Part shown: positions 10,827 to 19,492 of the stretch, one piece after another | How positions within the stretch are numbered: position 1 is the first letter of the stretch | How the letters are laid out: every line of letters starts with the position of its first letter | Source of the DNA: Eledone cirrhosa | Taxonomy: Eukaryota | Assembly: GCA_964016885.1 (NCBI GenBank) | Contig: OZ024746.1 | Span: forward strand, 52,390,001 to 52,454,000 | Direction of reading: 5' to 3' | Length of the DNA: 64,000 bases | Made by a program: the position numbers and the translations under genes | The notes under the pieces: generated by a model | Seen by the model: only the letters and a program-made list of their open reading frames with translations | What the model was told of the DNA's origin: nothing | Database searches by the model: none

Positions 10827-11031
10827 GCGTCCAAGAAAGAAATTTTTCGGCAAAAAAATAGATATTTATTTTACCCCCTAAAAAGGGAGTAAATGCAAAA
10901 ATGTTTCCCTAAATAACAGGGGTTAGTGTTCCAAATGTGTTGCACTGAAAGATTTATCCGGTACTTACTATAGTAAGGGTAAATCCCGATGGAATAGCGG
11001 AGCCGATGTGAAGCATGTCTTACTCTATCAA

Positions 11032-11052
11032 GATAGATAGATAGATAGATAT
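11032..11052. repeat. (GATA)5 microsatellite between elements 2 and 3
   Basis: gatagatagatagatagatat read directly. Confidence 0.95.
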
Positions 11053-11289
11053 GTTTCTTTATTAGCCACAGGGGCACAAAAGAAGGGGACAAATACAAAG
11101 CGGGAAGTTTACATACAATAAAAACGTGTAAAATATTATCACAAATGCAATTTAAAAATTAGTCGATTTTCCCCAATAGGGGGAGACAGTTCATATGGGT
11201 AACACATACCCCCGAAAAAATGTGCAACCCTCATCTCCAGGAGTACGAAGAGTTTGTACTCCTTTCCTCTCCTCCTCCTTTTCCTCAAC

Positions 11290-14200
11290 CTACAGGCTGA
11301 TATAGAGAGAAGGCCCATTCACTCGGGCCATTCTCGCCATTTTCACCCACCTTTCATAGAACTTGCTGGGGTACAGCATCTCTCTCTCCATCCTGATTCT
11401 TCTTCCAAAGTGGTATTTGAAAAAAAGAATCAGTTGTTGGCCGGAGAGAAAGGTGTCTGACCTCAGCCCTTTCAACCTTGTCCACCATACAACCTCTTTC
11501 GCCATAGCTATCACACAAAGGAGAACCGTCTCTCCTTCGTTTTTGAAGGAGGGTGGCGGTTTGATCATGACAATGGACTCGGTGGTCAACCGGATTGGTC
11601 CCACCCGCAACAATAGTCGTTCTACATAGCCCCACGGCGGAAGGTCCAACCGAACAGACTGGCCAGTTCATCTTCCTCTACGCCTAGAGTTTCACCGAGC
11701 GCGTCGTCGCACTTGCTGCGGATCAACCCTCTATAGAATGACGAAGTGTAGTCTCCACTGATCGCCGGGTCCGCCTGGCAGAGCGCTGTGAGCGCCTGAG
11801 CACATTCGATGTGCCAGTCGCCCATTTTCCTCGGTCCTTCCAGGACTGCAGCTCGGTCAGCAAGACGAGTCGTGGGAAGGCTCGCCTCACGCACGGGGCC
11901 CACACCGGTTGTCCGGTGAGGAATACGTAGAGATGCCACAGCCTGAGCGCGTGTTTGCGTACCGTCAGCCACGGCATCCCCAGCCCTCCGTTGGAAGGAT
12001 GTTGGCAGCAGATGGATCTTCTCACCAAAGGAGCCCGCCTCTTCCAAAGGAATTGGAAGAGCGCGTGCTCCATTTTGGTGAGCGTTTTGGTTGGACAAGG
12101 CACGACGGTCAAGCGGTAGTAGATAGCGAATGCTATAAAAGTGTTCGCCACCACCTTTTAAGGATAGTTTGCACTCGGCCCACTTCTGGGTGAGAGCAAA
12201 CACCTTGGCCGTCACCTCGTTCCAGTTCTTCTCCACCTGGAGGTCCGGACCAAACCAGAACCCGAGCAGCTTTACCGATCCTTCCATCCAGCGTCCGACG
12301 ACGCCATCGCAAGGCATCGGTTTGCCTCTCCACGATCCGAGTTCCAAACCGATAGACTTGTCCCGGTTCAGCTTCGCTCCTGTGAAACTTTCGTATTCCT
12401 TCAGTAAGGTGCCGACTTCCTCGATTTGCGAGGCGCTCAACACCATTACTCTCACGTCGTCGGCGTAGGCCGACGCCGCTTTCCGCAGTCCCGGTTCCAG
12501 AGGGATGCCCTGCAATAGCTCCAACTTCCGCAGTAGTGGCTCGAGAGTCAGTACGTACAGAAGGCAGGAGAGAGGGCATCCCTGTCGAATGGATCGCGTG
12601 ATATAGAACGGCTCCGAGAGGTAGCCGTTCACCTTGACCCTTAAGCAGATGTTGCTGTCGTGCATTGCAGCAATCCAGCCCCTGAACACGGGTCCGAAGC
12701 CTGCCGCCTCGAGCACCGCATCCAGGTAACGATGGTCAACCCTATCGAAAGCATTGTTGATCAGGGCCCCACCGAAGCCGGGTTTACACCCTACCCTCTC
12801 TATGATGTATCGCATGAGGTGGAGTTTGTCGTGTATGGACCTAGTCGGGATTGCGCATGTCTGCGCTTCTCCCACCAGGTTCTCGACGACAAGCGCCAGC
12901 CTCTTTGCCAACACCTTGGCCAAAATTTGTAACTCTGTGTTTAGCAGAGTTATGGGCCGGAAGTTTCCCATGTCATACCCCTTATTCTCGTCCTTTCTGA
13001 CTAGTGTGACCACGCCCCCGGTTACAGAACTGGGAATTCTCCAGTTCTGTTGCCAGTTGCAGTAGACCGCTTCCAGGAGACCGGAGAATAAGTCCGTCAT
13101 TACTACGTAAAATTCGTAGGGTAGACCGTCGAAACCTGAAGATTTGCGTTTGCCGCATTAGCTCAGCGCGTCCTCTATCTCAGGGGCTGAAATTGGCTTT
13201 TCGCAGAACTTTGTCTCGCTGCCGAGAGTCGCGGTAGGCCGTCGAGGTATGGACCGAAATCCATAGACCCTCCCGGCGCGCCGCCCTTCCCGAACAGTTG
13301 AGCAAAGTGCCGCTGAAAGGCCGCACACATCTGCTTCGGCTCATGTATCACGCGTCCGTTTTGGTCCTTCAAAGACCGAATCGTGAACTTGTTGCCACTT
13401 TTTGCCTCCGTCACCCGGGCCCAGCTAACAGCTTTGGCTCCCTCGTTTCCCAGAGCACGTATTTTGCTTCTGACAACGCAGCCCTCGTGCTTTGCGTCGA
13501 AGAACTGGTCCAAGGCCGTTCTCGTTGCTAGCACGCTGGCTACGTTGCCACTTCTAATTGCCTCTTCTACTTTATCTACCAGTTCCTTCTCGGTTCTATT
13601 TCTATCTAACGCTAATTCTTTACTAAAAACTAACGAGTCCAACCTAACTGTCCTCTTGAGAGAGTACCACCATCTGTTGTTGACAGCGGCCCCTGTCCAT
13701 TGCTGTTTAACTAAAGTGCTAATCCGTCTACTGTAGGCTTTGCATGTCGGTAACAAGTTCAGCTTCCAGGAGCCGGGTCCTTGTCTATGGGTTCTATCAA
13801 GGTTTGCCATGCAGGTCACTAGTTTGTGATCTGAATAGGCAACCATGAACATTTGTGGACAGCTTAACATATCCCTATCCTTATTTCTAACTAGAACCCT
13901 ATCTAGGTACGATCTAGATGTTCCGCTACGATTAGTCCACGTCCACAGTGGCACAGTGGCACAGTCGGAAAATCTAGTCGATATCTATCGGCCAGGTCAA
14001 ATCGGTTTATTAACTGTTTGAGGCTGTTACACCCCTCTTTATCGGGACATGCTCCCACATAGTCCCAACGTGCATCTAAGATTCCATTCCAGTCCCCCAC
14101 TAAAAGCAAGGAGCGGGACGTTCCCAGAAAGTCTAGACGTTAGAAGAAGTCTGGCCGCGGTGTCCCGGATGGGGCATATGCAGCCACCAGCCTGAAGGCT

Positions 14201-14509
14201 CCGCCTTCACTACCGTCAGCGTCTAGGACCACCAGTCGACCCTCCGGGTCCAGATGCACCGTCTGTGTTACGAGGCCCAGATGTTTTCGCAGCAAAACGC
14301 AACCCCGCCCACACCCCCGGCCGACAGAGAGATTCGTAGATCTCAAAGTCATCGAAGATGGGGGCTAGCTGTCGCTCGCTGTGGATCCTGGACTCGCAAA
14401 TGGCTACTACATCCATACTGTGCGACCTGAGGTCGTTTAAGAGTTTGCCCTGTTTCCAGGGCATCCCCAGGCCGCGTACGTTCACATATCCAACTCTTAT
14501 ATTGGCCAT
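11290..14509 (-). pseudogene. Disrupted ORF2 (APE-RT) of element 3
   Basis: MANIRVGYVNVRGLG start, VGDWNG, SYLDRVLV, SDHK, IRQGCPLS, AYADD. Several frameshifts and stops; a 190-bp deletion at ~11635 removes the CCHC motif. Confidence 0.92.
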
Positions 14510-14542
14510 GTTGATGCTGAAAAGTTAAAAAAGGAAAATAAA

Positions 14543-16034
14543 TCACTCACCCTTCGTCTCCTGGGGACCAGGCAGCACGATTTCCATGGGGGTGTTGGAG
14601 GGGTTGTCTGGGTGGGTGGTGGTTTCCGGCGGGGTGGGGACGGAGATGTTTGGTGGGGTGGGGTCTGGTGGGATGGGGGTGTCTGGGGTGGAGAGACATT
14701 TGAGAAGGACGCGGTTAAGTGGTTTCACGCAGGAATTCCCCACATCCTTTTCAAATGTTTCTTTTATGGACCTATAAGTTTGTATAGGGACCCTAATCAG
14801 TTTTAGGTTCAGTTTTTTGTTACTTTTAATAGAGTGGGCGAAAGTTTTCCCTTCGATTTTCACCGAAGGATTGTTCGTGATGGTCTCCATTAGTGTTTTG
14901 TTTTCAGGGTTTATGGAAGTGTAAGTGTAATTTTCTTGTGTTGTGTTTGTTTTTGTCTGTAGTTCTTGTGTGTGCTTTCGTTTTGTTGTAAGTATTTTGT
15001 TTTCAGGAGGTGGGGGTTTTGTTTGTGATGTTTTTGTTGTTTGTATTGGTGGTTGTATGTTTGTGGTAGTGTTTGCTGGCTTTTTGCTTTTGTGATATCT
15101 TTTCTTTCTTTTCGAGCGATGGGGTTCTCCCTCGTCTTCACTGGGTGATGGCGAGATAGCCTCATCTGTTGTATCGTCTGTGTGATTGGGGAGGGTATGT
15201 CTTGGGGAGCTGTTGTGTCTGTATGTGATTTTGCAGTGGTTTGAGGTGGAGTGGGGTTGGGTGGGACTGTGTTTGTTGTGGTTATTTTTGTGTGTTGGTG
15301 TTGTTGTGGTGGTGTTGGTGGTTGTGTTATTTTGATGGGTGTCGGCAGAAGAGTCTTTTTTTTTTCTCATTAATTTAGGACAGGAAGCCCTCAGGTGACC
15401 CCTGCTAAAGCAGTGGTAACATGAAGGCCGCCTACCCTCAACCGAAAAGTTTATGTAGGTGAGTCCGTCCAGGAGTACACGCTGTGGGATAATAGCTATT
15501 CGCTCTGGGCTCATTTGCACCAGAACTTCAACGCTAGTCCCATTGAATACATCTCCGGGGGACTTTCCTACTGAAAGTATTCTGTCTTCATCAAAATTGA
15601 TGAAGCCGCACAGTATCCACCTTATGTTTACCTTTGGTGTGACACTCGTGATTCTAATCTTTTGTGTCCCTTTTCCCGTGTATGTAGGGAAAAAGGTATA
15701 CAGGTTGGATACACTGTCTGTGCAAAGGAGATTTTCGGTTCTTTGTGGAATTGTGTTGGTGGTGTTGTCATTATTGTTGTTATTGTTGTTGTTATTGTTG
15801 TTGTTATTCTTGTTGTCACTGATGTTGATATTGTTCGTATTTGGTGTTGTTGTTGTCTTTGATGCTGGTATTATTGGTGTTGTCTTTATTTTTTTCTTTG
15901 TTGTTGTTGTCATTGTTGTTTTTATCATCATTATTGGTGTTGTTATTTTTGTTGTCATTGTACTGTTTGGTGTCATTTGTGTTGTTTGGATATGAATTTG
16001 TTTTTACAATCTCATTTCGTCTTTCCATCTCCAT
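14543..16034 (-). pseudogene. ORF1 of element 3 (Asn/Thr-rich N-terminus, CCHC knuckle); probably frameshifted in the low-complexity N-terminus
   Basis: VEGRRPS-CYHCFSRGHLRASC; C-terminal ...CVKPLNRVLLK shared with family A. First ATG at 16034 is in a different frame from the 14543-15976 ORF. Confidence 0.82.
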
Positions 16035-16336
16035 AGTATCTATGGAGAAGGAAAGGGAAGAAGACGATGTCGACTGCGAGCTATGTAGTCTTACCGACTC
16101 TCCACCACCATTATCGTCGAACGCAAACTTCTTACGGTATTTTTTCTAAAATTCGATGGAGAAAAAATTTTTCAAACGAATATTGAGTTGACCCACCGCC
16201 TGAAGGTCCAGACTGGGGGGGGGGGGGGGGGGTGTCAAGTTACACAATAATATAAAATTTAACTTAAAACTCACGTTTTTTTTTTTACATAAAATAACGG
16301 AAACTTCTCCGATTAGTTACACACGTCTGGTAGAGA

Positions 16337-16353
16337 GATAAATAGATATATAA

Positions 16354-16412
<59 letters not shown>

Positions 16413-16413
16413 T
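16337..16413. repeat. (GATA)n microsatellite, degenerate at the left edge, between elements 3 and 4
   Basis: gataaatagatatataaata followed by a long perfect GATA run. Confidence 0.97.
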
Positions 16414-17906
16414 GTTTCTTTATTAGCCACGGGGGCACAAAAGAAGGGGACAAATACAAAGGGGGAAGTTTATATACAATAAAGACGTGTAAAATGTTAT
16501 CACAAATGCAATTTAAAAAATTAGTCATTTTCCCCAATAGGGGAGACAGTTTATATGGGTAACACATACCCCGAATAAATGTGCAACCCTCATCTCCAGG
16601 AGTACGAAGAGTTTGTACTCCTTTCCTCTCCTCCTCCTTTTCCTCAACCTACAGGCTGATATAGAGAGAAGGCCCATTCACTCGGGCCATTCTCGCCACT
16701 TTCACCACCTTTCATAAAACTTGCTGGCGTTCAACAGCTCTCTCTCCATCCTGATTCTTCTTCCAAAGTGGTATTTGAAAAAAAGAATCAGTTGTTGGCC
16801 GGAGAGAAAGGTGTCTGACCTCAACCCTTTCAACCTTGTCCACCATGCAACTTCTTTCGCCATAGCTATCACACAAAGGAAAACCGCCTCTCCTTCGTTT
16901 TTGAAGGAGGGTGGCGGTTTGATCATGACAATGGACTCGGTGGTCAACCGGATTGGTACCACTCGCGACAATAGTCGTTCTACATCTCCCCACAAGTCAG
17001 TGACGCCTGGGCAGTGTATGAATGCGTGCGCGACGGTTTCTTCGTCTCGCACGCACCTCGGACAGATCTTTTTTGCAGGGTCTCTGCCTGGGCACACATG
17101 TCTGTAGAGCTTGTCTCGAACTGGGAGAGCTCCTCGGTAGCACTGCCAGGCCAGGGACTTTTGGAAGTTGTCCATCGGTCCCCGGCGGAAGGTCCTACCG
17201 AACAGACTGGCCAGTTCATCTTTCTCTACGCCTAGAGTTTCACCGAGCGCGTCGTCGCACTTGTTGCGGATCAACCCTCTATAGAATGATGAAATGGAGT
17301 CTCCACTGATCGCCGGGCCCGCCTGCCAGAGGGCTGTTAGCGCTTGAGCACATTCGATGTGCCAGTCGCCCATTTTCCTCGGTCCTTCCAGGACTGCAGC
17401 TCGGTCAGCGAGACGAGTCGTAGGAAGGCTCGCCTCACGAACGGGGCCGACACCGGTTGTCCGGTGAAGAATACGTAGAGATGCCGCAGCCTGAACGCGT
17501 GTTTGCGCATCGTCAACCACGGCATCCCCAGCCCTCCGTTAGAAGGGTGTTGGCAGCAGATGGTTCTTCTCACCAAAGGAGCCCGCCTCTTCCAAAGGAA
17601 TTGGAAGAGCGCGCGCTTCATTTTGGCGAGCGTTTTGGCTGGACAAGGCACGACGGTCAAGCGGTAGTAGATGGCGGACGCTATAAAAGTGTTCGCCACC
17701 TCCGCTCGACATTTCAAGGATAGTTTGCACTCGGCCCACTTCTGGGTGAGTGCAAACACCTGGGCTGTCACTTCGTTCCAGTTCTTCTCCACCTGGAGGT
17801 CCGGACCAAACCAGACCCCTAGCAGCTTTACCGGTCCTTCCGTCCAGCGTCCGACGACGCCATCGGAAGGCATCGGTTTGCCTCTCCACGATCCGAGTCG
17901 CAAACC
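16414..17906 (-). mobile_element. 5'-truncated copy (~1.5 kb) of the family B Tx1 element: 3' part of ORF2 plus 3'UTR
   Basis: 3'UTR nearly identical to element 3. ORF2 fragments GSWRGKPMP..GGLGMPW and CPRC..HAFIHC. Homology ends abruptly at GATA repeats at 17907. Confidence 0.93.
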
Positions 17907-18043
17907 GATGGATAGATAGATAAATAGATAGATAGCAGAAAGGGAGAGAGGGGGTTAGATTGATGGATAGATGGATAGAGAGAGAGAGACGGGGGATAGA
18001 TAGAGAGAGAGGGGAGATAGATAGATAGAGAGAGAGGGGAGAA

Positions 18044-18126
<83 letters not shown>

Positions 18127-18145
18127 GAGAGAGAGAGAGAGAGAA
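17907..18145. repeat. Compound microsatellite: (GATA)n, mixed GA/GATA, (TA)n (~18046-18078), (GA)n (~18079-18141)
   Basis: Read directly. Confidence 0.95.
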
Positions 18146-18620
18146 ATACAGAAACCGAGAGAAAAAGAGAAAGAGGAGAGAGAATAAGAGTGTGGAGGTG
18201 AGAAAATGAAGGGAAATTAGAAATTAAATAAAGTAGCGAGAGAGAGGGGGCATACATGGGGGACAGAGAGAAGGTGAGGGCGAGAGGGAGAGAGAAAGTG
18301 GGCGAGGGAAGGGGAGTAGGAGAGTGTGTGGTAGAAGGATATATTGTGAAGGGAGGAGTGAGAGAGGAGGAGATAGATATAGTAAAGAGAGAGGGAAGAA
18401 AAGGTGAAGTGTGATGGTGGTGGTGGTGGTGGTGGTGGGAAAGTGAGAGATGGTGGGGATGATGGTTGGGTGGGGTGAGATGCTGGTAGTGGAGAAGAGC
18501 GATAGTGGGAGGGATGAAATGGAGGTAGTGGGGAAGAGAGATGGTAGGGGGACAGATGTAGTGATGGGGAAGAGAGAAAACTGGTGGACGTGGTGGTGGG
18601 GAAGAGAAAACAGGTGGTTG
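18146..18620. repeat. Purine-rich low-complexity region including (TGG)n at ~18415-18438
   Basis: Plus strand almost devoid of C; GGA/GAG/TGG-rich. Confidence 0.8.
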
Positions 18621-18790
18621 TGTATATATGTGTCCGCGTGTGTATGTGATTGTGTGTGTGAACGTATGTGTGTGTGTGAATGTATGTGTGTATGTGAATG
18701 TATGTGTGTGAATATATGTGTGTATGTGTGTGTGAATGTATGTGTGTGAATGTATGTGTATGTATGTGTGTGTGAATGTATGTGACATGA
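18620..18790. repeat. Degenerate (TG)n / (TGTGTGTGAATGTA)n simple repeat
   Basis: Recurrent gtgtgaatgtatgtgt units. Confidence 0.9.
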
Positions 18791-19139
18791 ATTTTAAGAG
18801 TGAATAGCACAGGTGGTGAGACTTGATGTTGTGTGGATAGAGTAGAGACTGTAGTGATAGTGTTGTTGTTGTTATTGTCGTGGTTATTGTAGTGATGGTA
18901 GTGTTGTTGTTATTGTAGTGATGGTAGTGTTGTTGTTGATAGTGTTGTTGTTGTTGTTGTAGTTAGTGGTTTGTGTGATGGTAGTGTTGTTGTTGTTGTA
19001 GTTAGTGGTTGTTGAGATGGTAGTGTTGTTGTTGTTGTTGTTATTGTAGTCAGTGGTTGCTGTGATGGAAGTGTTGTTGTTGTTATTGTAGTTAGTGGTT
19101 GGGGTGATGGTAGTGTTGTTGTTGTTGTTATTGTAGTTA

Positions 19140-19461
19140 GTGGTTGCTGTGCTGGTAGTGTTGTTGTTGTTGGTGCTGTCGTTAGTGGTTGCTGTGATGG
19201 TAGTGTTGTTGTTGTTGTTGTAGTAGTTAGGGGTTGGTGTGGTGCTAGTGTTGTTGTTGTTGTTGTAGTTAGTGGTTGCTTAGATGGTAATGTTGTTGTT
19301 GTTGTTGTTGTAGTTAGAGATTGCTGTGATGGTAGTGTTGTTGTTGTTGTAGTAGTTAGTGGTTGATGTGATGGTAGTGTTGTTGTTGTTGTAGTAGTTA
19401 GGGATTGGTGTGGTGCTAGTGTTGTTGTTGTTGTTGTAGTTAGTGGTTGCTGAGATGGTAG

Positions 19462-19492
<31 letters not shown>

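Larger units (their letters stand above)
5320..11031 (-). mobile_element. Tx1-clade non-LTR retrotransposon, family A, copy 2 (full length, ~5.7 kb)
   Basis: Complete 5'UTR-ORF1-ORF2-3'UTR, with minus-strand AATAAA a few nt before the 3' end. GATA repeats on both sides. Confidence 0.95.
11053..16336 (-). mobile_element. Tx1-clade non-LTR retrotransposon, family B, copy 1 (apparently full length, with internal deletions)
   Basis: ORF2 is homologous to but clearly diverged from family A; different 5'UTR and ORF1 N-terminus. GATA tracts on both sides; AATAAA before the 3' end. Confidence 0.92.

Noticed and set aside
241-17919. Numerous plus-strand and alternate-frame ORFs within the elements (e.g. 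3546-4274, 9441-9992, 15459-15995, 729-1355)
   Set aside because: Antisense or shadow frames of GC-rich RT sequence or of low-complexity ORF1; they recur only because the element is repeated and show no domain motifs.
5313-17935. Defined target-site duplications
   Set aside because: The flanks are periodic GATA, so TSD length cannot be determined from this sequence.
17955-18810. His/Thr/Ser/Leu-rich ORFs of 277, 197 and 99 aa
   Set aside because: Translations of TG, GA, TA and TGG simple repeats.
19220-19410. True telomeric (TTAGGG)n repeats
   Set aside because: Only isolated TTAGGG words arising as point variants of TTAGTG; no tandem run.
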